Shown one piece after another: positions 26,039 through 38,278 of a DNA stretch of 64,000 bases. How positions within the stretch are numbered: position 1 is the stretch's first letter; each line of letters opens with the position of its first letter. A model generated the notes under the pieces. It made no database searches, was not told the origin of the DNA, and saw only the letters and a list, made by a program, of their open reading frames with translations. Both the position numbers and the translations under genes were made by a program. The stretch covers positions 434,001 through 498,000 of the forward strand of contig OZ037770.1 of NCBI GenBank assembly GCA_964035545.1. The letters run 5' to 3'. The stretch comes from Bugula neritina. Taxonomy: Eukaryota; Animalia; Bryozoa.

Positions 26039-29000
26039 ATGGCCTCCTCAGGACCAACATGTGCTTTCTGTATGAGCAACCTGAATCAAATGCAGGATCC
26101 TAGAAAACTTCCGTGTGATCACATTTTCTGTCTGGAGTGCCTGAAGAGTGACTTTGGAAGTGACGGGACGAGCACGAAATGCCCGATCTGTGGGTGAGTA
26201 ACTGTAGTTACATATTATTTTGATTGAATAAAGTAAACCCTATATATAACTTGCCATCCTAAATATCATGAAAGCAACGAGTTGTCAAAGTGAATACAAA
26301 AAGTTTTGCTAATATTTTTCACATAGAAAATTTGAACTCACTTCAACTTCTGGAAATATTAGTTATAACTTTGGTAAATCTGAAAGTCTTATACCACATG
26401 GAACAGAATTTCAATGCATAACTAGCAAACACTTTGCTTTGGAGGGGAGTGTGCAGATCTTTTCCTGTATGGTGGTTGGCTAAGCACCATTTATTGATTC
26501 CACTTATCCACTTTTCGCACTACTCATCCTAGTCAGTTGCACATCATTGGAAATAGTAAGTGAACTTTCAGAATAAAATGACATGTAAGATAGGCCGCAG
26601 TGAAGGCATTGAATAATACAGTTGGTCAATTACTGTAAAAGTTAGTAAAAAAATAATTTTGCTTCCACTGGGATTTGAACCTAAAAACCTTCGGCTTGCA
26701 AGCAAGTGTGCTAACCATTACACCACGGGACCACTGGGTAAACTCAACACTACAGTTAGCATCATACTCTATGTGTAGCAGATTTACACAGCATGTACTT
26801 CACACAGGAAATGTGGCAAGTAAGCTTCAAATAATAACTGATCACTACTTTGCATTGAAGTAAACTTTACAAATATGTATATTCATATTTTCAGTTGATT
26901 TTATATATAATCTACAGTCACAGCTAATCACAGTGTTAGTGAACTAGGAGACACATAAGTTATTTACATATATACAGCATGACCCTTAGGAAAATTTCAT
27001 CTAAATTGTTTTTATTAGAAGTTTTGTCTCTATATTTATTAACTGATCACTGGTGTGACATTTTCTAGAGCTCTGCACGAGGACCTGGATATGGACGAGT
27101 TGGAGGCGGTAGATGGCAACTCCGATAAACAAGGAAGTGTCTCTAAATATCCTCCCATTTCCTGTTCCCGCAACTGTAACGAAAATGCGCTTTTTTTCTG
27201 TGGAGACTGCAGTGCTAAACTGTGTCAAGATCATAAAGAGGTCAGTATTTGACCTTGAATTGTCAGTATAATATAACTCAGCTACTGTTAAGTCTGGTTT
27301 AAATAGTTATTCTTTTCAACTTCCGGTTTAAGTACAGTTTATCTGTGTTGTACTAATCATGCTTAAACTTATTATAGACATTTTCCTTTCAAAAAATATA
27401 GAATAATTTAAAATTCTTATAGCTGGAATATGCTGCCTAACAATCTTCTGTCAGGCGAGTTCAATTTCAGTTTGTCCTTCGTCAGTTTATGCTGAAAGTT
27501 TTGTTCAGTGAAACCGTAGTCTTCTCTAGCTATTAAGAAAGTTCACTGCATGTTATAGTTTTGAGTTTACCCAGCAGTCCTCGTGGTGTAATGGTTAGTG
27601 TGTCTGCCTGCAAGCCGGAGGTTTCGGGTTCGAATCCCGGTGAAGGCAAAAGTTTTATACATGTCTATGCGTTGAGGTCAGCCATCTGAAGCTATAAGTA
27701 AAGTCAAATAATTTTTAACATGGTGGATTGATTTGTTTCCGTATTGATAGAATTGAGATTGAGTGTAGAAGATAAGATACATTTTATAGGAAAAACAATA
27801 GATATGCACAAACACTAAGAATAGGTAATAAAGGTATTACTTGAAGGAAAACTTCTGCTAGTGTAATATGTTATAACTCTACAGAATAAAGGCTTACTCC
27901 AAACTTGGACTCAGCCCTCAGACTTCTAACTTGTAAGCCAGCATGCAACCATTACACTGCCAAGAATATTGGAGAATATTAACACTACAATATTGTGTTG
28001 CTTCGAATTTTTACATAACAAGTGTTTTGAAGATGAATCAAGTTCGTCTGTGTTTATTTTGTCTCCATAGAAACCCCTAGATTGATTGAAACAATCTCCT
28101 AAACTCATTTTATTATCCACCATACAGGCCCATGACTCCTTCCTCGGTGACACTCATAAGTTTATCCCCTTCAATGAGTACCGTCGTATACCCGAGAGGT
28201 ATGATCAACCAATCTGTCCTCTGCATGCAAAGAACTTGTCTCTAGCCTGTGAAACCTGTGACATGCTAGCCTGTGAGGAGTGTGACTTGACCTCTAATTG
28301 CGGAAATTACAGTAAGTGTATATAAGTTATATACCCCTGTTGATATAGCTCGGAATGACGAAAGGTATAGAGCAGGGGTGTCCAACCTTTTCAGACCGAG
28401 GGCCACCCTGCAAGTTTCAGCTTGAGCCGAGGGCCACAACATTTCTTCTGTTTTTAAAAATCAATTTTCAAGATTCATTAAGCATCTGCAGGCTATATGT
28501 ATTGTAATTATAAGCAATGGCTAGGCTTTGCATTTTTATTAAAATCATAACACATTTAAATCGATATTTATGAATGTGTGTATACGCATTCAGTTAAAAT
28601 AGGTAAACAAGAAACATAAATACAAAATTGTAACCAAACTCAAATTATACATATATACATACAAAGTAAATATTCATGATTGCGCATGCAAATTTAAACA
28701 AGATATGCCAGTGCTAAGAGTCTGTACTCATATACCGGTATAGTTATATTTTACAACCATCAGTGAGACACTTGTGAGTACGCAGTGAGTATTGTTTGCC
28801 TTGAACAATTCTGTTAATATCTGGTTTCGTATTAGAACATATATAACCCTTAGTTGCTGGACTAAGTGCTGACTAGTGAGTGAAGTGTGATATTTATTTT
28901 TGTGTATTTCATTTGACTAAAAATTGAAAGTTCAAACCTTCAAGCCATCTCAGTGGTAGTGCAGTGCAGTACAGTATCTAACAATAGTATGCAATGAAAG

Positions 29001-32000
29001 TTAGCTATAAATAGTATAAGTTTTATAGTACCTAACAGTCAAAGGTCAAATGTCAAAGGTCAAGGCGATCAGAAATCTCAAATCATTTCAGTACATACTC
29101 ACACAAAATTCATTATAAAACAAAATTGTTTAGGCATCTAACCTTAAAACAGTATGTAAATGAAAACTAACATACATAAGAATATTTTAGTACTGCATAA
29201 GTGAAGTGTGCCAGAGATTCTTCAACTACTTATCTTTCACAATACAAACAATAAAAGTGAGATCTCAGTTATACTTTCAAAAAAGTCTTGTCTCTATATG
29301 GCCTGTCCTGATTAATTGTCTTTGAAATATCTGTCTGCACAGGATAGTTAAGGGCAACTTTTTAGCGCTGCAACTGCCTTGCTCAGGTTTGCATTGTAAC
29401 TGTGTAAAAATTTAGTACCAGTAAAAAAAATCTCATTTAATTGTATGCTACTAGAATCAAAATTTAAAAACTATGGTGTGAATCTTATTTTTTTCCAGTG
29501 CAACTTTTTGGAATTTTTTCATTCTTTTGCAAAGTTATAGAAAAAAAAACTGCACATTTTCGGCTAATTTTGCCTGAAAAGTTGATTGTTTAGTACCAGT
29601 AAAATAACTTAGCAAGAAAGCATGATATCTGAATAAAAAAGCAATGACTTAGATTTTATTTAAATTATGGATTTATATACTGGAAATGGTATATTTCTTT
29701 TTAAGTTTCTTCAGTAAACGCGTAGAGATGGGAATATAATATAGGGGTCTACATATTGTAAGTCACAAGCTTGCTAGCTAACAGGCTATAATGACTAGCT
29801 TGCTGTTATTGGTTGTAGTTTGATCTCAGGCTACACAATAATAAGTAGGTAACACGCATGCCACCCACAGAACAATATTGTACAAGAAATTAAACTACAT
29901 TTTAATAGAAATTGTGCTGCTGTTTCAGGCTAGTTAGCAAATTTGATTTAAACAAAAAATTTGTAACTTGCTATACCTTGGGGGGGCCACACAAATATAG
30001 TTAGAGGGCCGAATCCGGCCCCCGGGCCTCCTGTTGGACAGCCCTGGTATAGAGGGTGGTGAGAATGAGTTAGTTACTGAGAACATAACATAGACTTTGA
30101 TGTGTATGAGAGTTTGATAACTATCTTATCAACTTAACGGTATCTTATCAGAAAACACGGCTGCTGTTCAAGACCATGCATACGAAGTCCCAGTAATTCT
30201 TCAACCCTGCTTGAAGTCTATAAAATTGTTTCTTGAGTTAGACTGGGTTTGGGGACCACACTTCATCTGAGGGGGGGTCGTGTTTGTGCCTGTTCTACCA
30301 CTAGTTGTTATTGCTAATTCAATTGCAAAGCTAGAATGACTCAGCTATATATAGCTAGCTACTGTTAGCTATTAAGCTGTCACATTAGAGAATAGCTGTT
30401 ATTTTAAGCTATTTATAGCAAACAAGCAGATGACAAATACAATTAGTGATCAGTGTCCTACTAGGCATAGACCCACAAGGTTTCGCAGTTGGTAATGGTT
30501 GGTCTGTTATATAAGAAAAGTTGGTGATTGATTCCTGATTAAAAATAAAAATGAAATCCAACCCTCTCTGGCCTAGTAGTTTATTCAGCGGTAAATGAGC
30601 ACCATGCAGCCTCTACTTATAATGCACTCTAATTGGTCATAAGTCTTCAGAACGTAAAGTCTATGAAGAAACTTTAATGAAACGGTTTTCTATTTGCGAA
30701 CAGATAACTCCCACAAGTTTGAATCATTTGCCAAGAGAGAGAAAAAGCTGACCAATGAATACAAAGAGTTTGTCAAACAGATTTCTCAAATGCACACAGA
30801 GTTCAGTCAGAAGAAGAAAGAAACTTTCTACAGATTTGAAGATCTGGTGACGGGATACCAGGAGGAAGAAAAACTGAAAGAGTTGGACAAGATGGTGGCA
30901 GAGCAGGTCGGTGTGTTGAAATGATATTACTAATTATGTCTGCTAGCAAGTCGGAGGTCTCGAGTTTGAATCCCAGCGAGTTTTATGCACCTAAATGTTT
31001 ATTTAGAATAATTTCAGTCCTCATAACGATCCATTTTAACTTCGGCTGAAGTTTTTTTAATCTCAAACAACTTGTTCGTGAGAAACAAAGATGAAGCTTT
31101 ACGCAATCTCAAAATAAATTGTGTGAAAGGTAGTCAACTGATGACAGTATCAGTAACAAGTTTTAATTTAATATCTCACAACTTGTCAGCTTAAAGAGAC
31201 AGAAGTAAAAATGACCAGTTTGCAAAAGAGAATATAGAACATAAAATAGTTATACTATTAGTAATTGTTCAAAACTTTCGTTTATTTTCACTCTTTAGTG
31301 AGTTATTAGTGTGTAGGTTAGCTAATTAGAATCTGTAACAATTCTATTAAAAAATTGCTAATAATTGGTTTCCATCCAGATAGCTGAGATCAACAGACAG
31401 GCAGAAAAAAGAAGACGGGAAATCAAAAGTTTCCCCGCTATAATGGATAAGGAAGTGACGCGTTACACAGATGAGCTACAGACTAAGGAGGACCAACTAG
31501 GAGATCTAGAACATTCTCTAAGTCTGATGATGAGAGAGTGTCATGTAGCTGAGATGATTAGACAGAACAAAGGAAACAAGGAGAAAATACAGCAAGCCTT
31601 AGCTCTCACCACTGGCTCTTGTAATATCTTGAGGGAAATGGTGGTCGCCCCTACAGGTAAGTAACTTGATCTAGCCAAGAGTAGTGGAACTGCTTGTTAT
31701 GCTGTTGATTGGAGTTTCCAATGTAATATTGAAGCGGCTCCCAGCATTATAATATAGTTGTCACATGGTTTTATATTATTATGTCATTGGGTATTGAGTT
31801 TTAAATATATTATGAGAGCCTGTCATCTTTAATTATGTTGGTCCTCAGGCTATTGGATAAGATGGGTGGTATTTATCAAAACCCCTTGTGCTAGATTAGT
31901 TCTTTAACGCCTAAATTGCTTGATATGTAGATTAAAGACTGCATGATATCAACTTGAAAATTTACAAGGCAGCTTTTTCAGGAAATGTGGGAAAATTTGA

Positions 32001-33236
32001 GGCATCGCTGAGACCACTGATTCCCACAAAGTTGACAAAGCTGTTCAATGGCTCATCTAATGTACAAGTCAGTCACATGACGCTGACAGATTGCGGAGAT
32101 CTGCTGTTCTACTCGTCTGGAGAAGTTAAGATTATGGATCTCAACATGAAGCTCACTAAAGCCTCAAAGGCCATAGAAAATGTTGTTCGCTTAGCTCAGT
32201 TTAAAGATGTGGTGTTTGTGGTAACCTATGCCGGAAATATGTTGAAGTGTTCCAGTTACAGATATGCTACGTTGTCTGAGTTGAACGAGATATGTGAGTA
32301 CCCTGCTGGATATATATCTTCCTCCATTGCTGTCTGTGAAAAGTATGTTGTGCTGGTTAACAATTCTAGCTACACCTATTGCCTGCGGGTGTATGACCAC
32401 GGTGGTGTTCATCAACGCGATGTTCAGGTAAACCGCAGCATTCAAGGGATCTGGACACTTCCCAACTCCTGTATTCTGATTAGAACGGACCAAAACCAGA
32501 ACTTGAAGCTTGAAACCACAACGTTTGTACTCCATGATTGTGGAAAGAGTTCTGTTGCTCCTTCAACTACAGATGGTGCCGGTTTGTGTTATGATGCTCC
32601 TTGGACAGGAAACAGGCAGAGCACCATTTCTTGCCGCAAAATTGGCTCAGGTGATTCTAACTAAATAAAAACTATTGTTTGTTTTTGGATTATATCTCTT
32701 TGTGAGAACCAGGATGGTAAAGTTTTCGAATAGACTAAGAACTATGTATGGTATGGCACACAGGCAATTACTGTTGTTTGCCCTCCCTGGCAAGATTAAT
32801 GGCATGCTGGGATTTAAACCCATGCCTAGTGCAGACTAAGCAATGGAACCAATAAACTACAATAGCATCAATTATGCAAACGATAAAATAATTCAAAAAT
32901 ATTTTGCAACTAAATCTTGAGACTGAATCTTCAAGTTTATTCTGATAATTTTTCAAGATGTTACTAGAGCCTTATTAAATTGTCTTTTACGAAAACATTT
33001 ATTTTGTAAATTCTGATAAACAATCAGCACGCGCTCTCAAAATGAGATTATTTTGAGGCTTTTATTTAGCAATAACAGTTGAAAGATAGTTCTCCATAAT
33101 ACTTTCAGGTGACGAACTGTCAGTGAGTCTCAACACAGAAGAGTACAGAAGTATCCAGTCCATGAGTATTAAGGGCAGTGTACTTGCTTTGGCTGATGAC
33201 TATAGCAAGATCCATCTTTATCATATTAACTACTAA
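26039..33236 (+). CDS. TRIM E3 ubiquitin ligase copy 2 (tandem paralog), 595 aa
   Basis: Exons 26039-26193, 27069-27240, 28128-28311, 30704-30906, 31380-31656, 31982-32650 and 33109-33236. Exon sizes equal copy 1 except for a 1-codon deletion in exon 6; no stops. Confidence 0.9.
26658..26753 (-). mobile_element. tRNA-derived SINE-like copy
   Basis: TTTGCTTCCACTGGGATTTGAACC...GGCTTGCAAGCAAGTGTGCTAACCATTACACCACGGGACCACTGGGTAAACTCAACACTACA. Confidence 0.8.
27553..27656 (+). mobile_element. tRNA-derived SINE-like copy
   Basis: TTGAGTTTACCCAGCAGTCCTCGTGGTGTAATGGTTAG...GGGTTCGAATCCCGGTGAAGGCAAAA; A and B boxes intact, but no proper cloverleaf. Confidence 0.8.
28373..30046 (-). mobile_element. Non-autonomous hAT (Charlie/Buster-type) DNA transposon, 1674 bp
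   Basis: TIRs CAGGGGTGTCCAAC / GTTGGACAGCCCTG; perfect 8-bp TSD GTATAGAG (28365-28372 and 30047-30054). A frameshifted transposase C-terminal remnant lies on the minus strand at ~28905-28760 (KNKYHTSLTSQHL..LRV..SNTKPDINRIV..KQ..QVSH*). Confidence 0.92.
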
Positions 33237-33612
33237 CTCATCTCACATCTACTGACAAAATACATTCTTTTCCAGTGGTGAAACTATATCAAAGAGCTAC
33301 ATAGTTCTAGTTTGATAGTACCTAATTGAATTTGCAGGCAAATGTTTACTAATCTACAATGGGCAGCTTTCTAGTTTTCTTTTATGCTTGAAATTAGCTG
33401 CACTATTAGTTGAAATACAGATTGTAACTTTCCTATATTTCAGGTTTTCATAAAAATAGCAGGAAAGCTGCATAAAAGTTAGTGAAGACTTGCATAATAA
33501 ACATTTTTTACTGTTTTTAATAAGTTTTTCAGGTGGTGGAATAAAGTTACTTATAAAACCTTGTGAAGCTCTGCATGAAATATTTGAACTAAATGACCAT
33601 TGCATCGTTACA

Positions 33613-33764
33613 TGTTATATAAGCAGCTCTGAGTTGAAGGTGAATGAGTGCAGTAGTTTGGGGTCCTCGAGCTTGAGGGCTCTAACCTAAGCCACCTAAA
33701 AAAATCTGGAGAACCCGAAACTACTGCACTCAGTCACCCTCAACTCATAGCTGCTTATAGAACA
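33613..33764. mobile_element. Short foldback/MITE with ~55-bp imperfect TIRs
   Basis: TGTTATATAAGCAGCTCTGAGTTGAAGGTGAATGAGTGCAGTAGTTT vs AAACTACTGCACTCAGTCACCCTCAACTCATAGCTGCTTATAGAACA. Confidence 0.7.
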
Positions 33765-34047
33765 AGTCGTAACCCAATAGTACCACAATGCCACTTCCCT
33801 TTTACATTTGTTTAACGCATGAAACTCTAAACCGAGAATAACTACATTTCGGTGTCAGTTGATTGAGCAGATGTTATTCTGGTAGAAATGAAACAAAATA
33901 AAAAAGTAACAGTAAATATTTGACAAAATATATGAAGAGAGATTCTGATATGATGGGAGATTACAAAATAATTATAATATGAACACTATATGCCGTTTGA
34001 CTAGTATAAATAAAAGAACTAATAAATATAGCAATTAAAAGCAAAAA

Positions 34048-34132
34048 TAGCAGCAGCAGTACTAGTAGTAGTAGTAGTAGTAGTAGTAGCGGTAGCAGTA
34101 GTAGCAGTATTAGTAGTAGTAGTAGCAGTAGC

Positions 34133-34163
<31 letters not shown>

Positions 34164-34418
34164 TAGCAGTAGTAGTAATGGTAGTAGTAGCAGTAGTAGT
34201 ACTAGTAGTGGTAGTAGTAGTAGTACTAGTAGTAGTAGTACTAGTAGTAGTAGTACTAATAGTAGTAGTACTAATAGTAGGAGTAGTAGTAGTAGTACTA
34301 CTAGTAGTAGTACTAATAGTAGTAGTACTAATAGTAGGAGTAGTAGTAGTAGTACTAATAGTAGGAGTAGTAGTAGTAGTACTAGTAGTAACTAGTAGTA
34401 CTAGTAGCAGTAACAGTA
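34048..34418. repeat. (TAG)n-rich microsatellite
   Basis: Direct observation. Confidence 0.9.
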
Positions 34419-34587
34419 AATATATGAGGCATCTATAAAACTTGAAGCAAGGAAAACACAAATAACTAAATTCACTATGAAATCAGGAAGAGCAATCAGT
34501 TTAATCTGAGATATAAAAATATTTAGAAATATACTCTCTACCCAACTAAGACCCAGCTGCACAACAGAGTCTGTGAACATGAAAAAT

Positions 34588-37159
34588 TCAGAGTGAGGTT
34601 TCTCCGCACATAAGTCTTTCCCAAACTTCTTCGTTACTACGCTTAGCGGAGTCGAGCACGCTCTCTGGCAGGAGGGACATAACGACCTTGACCTGCTCCT
34701 CTGGTGTCAAGGTCAGATAAGTGTGAGGCAGCTGCGACTCCACCCCTGTGCACTGAATAACCTCCTCCAGTACACTTCTGTAGTTGTTTCTGTTCATAAA
34801 CTGACTGGATATAGCCAAGGACTCCTCTAGGTTGTAGGCCTGTGAATAGTAATAAGTTGCTAGAGCACAGGCTAAAGGGCAGAAGATGTCTACAGATCGA
34901 GTCTTGAGAAGTGAAACTCGAGATCAACAAGAGCTGGTTTGAGTTGAAGTTCTGGTTTTACTTCACAAGAAACTATATTAGCCTGAGAGTCAAGTCTCAG
35001 GTTATTAGGAGTAAATCAATCCTCTGCTCTCTGCTCAATAACTCTCCGACTGAGTCATGAATCAGAGGCCAGCTAGAGTGACAGTTAGAATGACAGGTAG
35101 AGTGACAGCTAGTGTGACAGTTAGAATGACAGGTAGATTGACAGCTAGTGTGACAGTTAGAATGACAGGTTATGTGACAAGTACAAGTGACAGTTAGAGT
35201 GACAAGTAGAGTGACAGCTAGTGTGACAGTTAGTGAGTCAGCTAGTGTGAGTCAGGAGTGAGTCAGGGGTGAGTCAGGTGTGAGTCAGCTAGTGTGAGTC
35301 AGGAGTGAGTCAGAGTAAGGATGAATCACCTGATGGGCCCACCCGGTGGGTATGAAGAGAAGTTCTCCAGCCTTCTGTTCAAACTCGAGAGTAAAGTGGG
35401 ACATCTCCTCCACCCCCGCACTGAAAGAGCCGGTAGAGAATGAGTCTACGTTACTGACTAGAAGTGGACAGTCGAGGGGGAAACCAGATCTCCGCTGATT
35501 GAGTTTGAGTGTGTTACTTGGGTCAGGGGGCCACATCTATATAGGAGTAGTATTACATGAACACATCTACATATGTATAGTATTACATGAGCACATCTAC
35601 ATAGTAATAGTATTACATTAGCACATCTACATAGGTATAGTATTACATGAGCACATCTACATAGGAGTAGTATTACATTAGCACACCTGCATAGGGATAG
35701 TATTACATTAGCACATCAGCATATCAACAGTATTACATGAGCACATCAACGTAGGAGTAGTATTACATAAGCAAACTGCACCTTCCACTTCTTGACTCCT
35801 TTGAGCAGAGCGATGGTGCCCGTCCAGTTATACGGATCCACGTGGAGGTTGGATCTGGAGTGTTTAGTTCCCCAGAGCAACATGGCGTTTCTCGGTTTGA
35901 CTTCTTCAGGAAACAGCTGGAAGAAGTCCTCGTCTGCATATTTCTACAGATGAATATTATAACACCATGTGACAGGAAACGCGATGGAGAGTTCGTCAAC
36001 ACTAAGTATAGAAGAGAAACTGGCAGTTACTGAAATGGGAGGGAGCAAACTTCCGGAACACCTGGATAGATGGGTAAAACTACTTACAATCCCAACTTTC
36101 TGAGGTCAAGAATATTTGTACACAGGTTACGACTACAGCTAGACCAAACTTATTATTCAACATACATTTCAACAAACCTTATCATAATCTAGACCTGTGT
36201 TGTGCGAATGAATTGAAAGCGTGAGTTACCAACATGGCTACTATCAACTACCAGTGCAGTTACTACCAACTACCAGTGAAGTTGCAGTTAGTAGTGGAGT
36301 GATCAACATACGTTGGGTCCAACATCCTTTAGCAGTGGTGGATGGTTAGTAATAAAGTGCTCGTCAGTGGCGTAGGACCAGTGTGTAGGGGTTGTCTTCT
36401 CAAACGTGAGCTTGTAAAACTCACCAAGAGACATGACTTGACCTGAGGACTGTGACAGCGTGCCCTGGAAGTGAAACGGTAGATGAGTTACAAAAGGGTA
36501 TTGAAGTTATATTAGTTAGAGTAGTAGTACTAGTATTAGTTAGAGTATTAGTTAGAGTAGTAGTTAGCCTAGGGCCACACGGTGCGTATTTTCGCATACG
36601 AAAATTGAAATCACAAGTAGCAAAGGTGTCCACTGTGCGCGTTGAGAAAACATTCGCACTTGTCGCTCTGCATTTTCAACGCAAGTGCGAATCGTCTCTG
36701 TCGTCATCACCTAATTGGCTGGTAGTTATTCAGCGAGCCCAATTTCTTTATTTAGTGCTATATTCCAGTAAATTGCGTTTTATTGAAAGCGAGTGCGATT
36801 TAAAAATGAAAGCTTTATTTATCACGCATCACTGACGCTACAGTGGACACCTTTGCTACTTGTGATTTTAATTTTCGCATGCGAAAATACGCACCGTGTG
36901 GCCCTAGGCTTATAGTATTAGTTAGCGTATTAGTAGAGTAGCTACTAGCTAGTAATAGTATAGTATAGTTGCGGTTACCTTAGTTTGTGTGACGGTGATG
37001 TTGGATTTTGAGTAGAATTTGTAGAGAAAGTCTTTACTCCATTGAAAGGCAGACCAAAAGGGAACCACATCGGTCACTATGAGAGGCCTGAAAACAGTCT
37101 ATTCTGCAGTTACTACTAGTACTGCTACTAGTATGACTATTACTAGTGCTACTACTAGC

Positions 37160-37190
<31 letters not shown>

Positions 37191-38159
37191 TAGTACTACT
37201 AGTACTACTACTAGTACTTCTACTACTACTAGTTACAAATACTACTACTGTTGCCATGGTTACTACTGTTGCTATGGTTACTACTAATGCTGTTGCCATG
37301 GTTACTGTTGTTGCTATGTTTACCATTTAGTATCCCACATATCCCTGAACTCAGCTACACTCATATCTGAACGTCTGGCCACAGTGGAGGGGAGGAAGGG
37401 ATCCTGGTGGTACTGGGCTGCTATGTGTGACCTCATCTCTATGGACTGACCCCAGTTGAACCTTCAGAATATTATACTACATTAATCTATATTATGTTAC
37501 AATAATATACTATATTAAATTATGTTACAATATATTATGTTACACTATATTATGTCACAGTGTATTATGTTACAGTATATTATGTCACAGTGTATTATGT
37601 AACAATATATTAAATTATATTGTATTACAATATATTACACTATAATATATTACGTTACACTATACTATATTACAATACATCATATTATTTTCCAACACTA
37701 AATATTACACTGTTACATTACGCTGCACTATATTACATCACACATATATTACGATATATTAGGCCTATTTAGATATCAAGAAAGAATATTACATGATAGA
37801 CAGCACCACACTAGTTACTAGAAGCATGTAGGAGTGAATACCGACACATATTTGGGTCGCTGGTAGGCCACAAACAGAGAGAGTGTCTGCACGTAGTTAC
37901 CGAGAGATACCATCACCATGGCAACGAGGGGCAACACTGCCAGCACAACCAGCCCTGAAACATGACAATACAATAGTTTACCACAGAGTAGAGTGTCAAA
38001 GGTTACTAAACGAACTCTGATTGGCCAACACAAAGGAAGTCAGCATCTGTCTCACTCACCCCACGAACTCCCCGACAGCAAACTCATCTCAGACTTTGAC
38101 TTTCGCTGACTTTTGTTGACGACACATGCCTTAGAGGACCTGCTCCTGATTATCCTCAT
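34588..38159 (-). CDS. JmjC-domain 2-oxoglutarate/Fe(II) oxygenase (JMJD4/6/8-like) with N-terminal signal anchor, ~409 aa
   Basis: Exons 38159-38060, 37954-37846, 37461-37324, 37087-36979, 36464-36312, 35943-35782, 35536-35330 and 34839-34588 (1230 nt; the exon-2 donor is least certain). Motifs [73 protein letters not shown]; the H-x-D...H iron triad is intact. Confidence 0.88.
35072..35315. repeat. Short-unit minisatellite (GTGACAGTTAGA-like, then GTGAGTCAG units) in JmjC last intron
   Basis: Direct tandem units. Confidence 0.8.
35532..35772. repeat. 30-bp minisatellite x8 filling JmjC intron 6
   Basis: TATTACAT recurs every 30 bp; the unit includes the exon acceptor junction. Confidence 0.9.
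36567..36909. mobile_element. PIF/Harbinger-like MITE with ~68-bp TIRs and TTA target duplication
   Basis: GCCTAGGGCCACACGGTGCGTATTTTCGCAT...GGTGTCCACTGT and its near-perfect reverse complement; TTA at 36564-36566 and 36910-36912. Confidence 0.85.
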
Positions 38160-38164
38160 CCCGA

Positions 38165-38278
38165 CTCTGTCTGTCTGTCTGTGTCTCTAGCTATGTCTGT
38201 CTGTGTGTCTCTATGTCTGTCTGTTCGTCTCTAGCTATGTCTGTCTGTTCGTCTCTAGCTATGTCTGTCTGTGTGTCC
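38165..38278. repeat. Short tandem repeat (GTCTCTAGCTATGTCTGTCTGT-like)
   Basis: Direct observation. Confidence 0.75.

Noticed and set aside
27575-27650. Functional tRNA gene
   Set aside because: Acceptor and anticodon stems do not pair properly, and multiple diverged dispersed copies indicate a SINE-like repeat.
30694-30924. TRIM copy 2 as a truncated pseudogene (ORF track shows shorter fragments)
   Set aside because: All seven exons splice in frame with canonical sites; the large introns are due to insertions.
35532-35772. CRISPR-like regular repeats (also the TPR array and 44506-45040)
   Set aside because: No unique spacers and no cas genes; these are contiguous tandem repeats.
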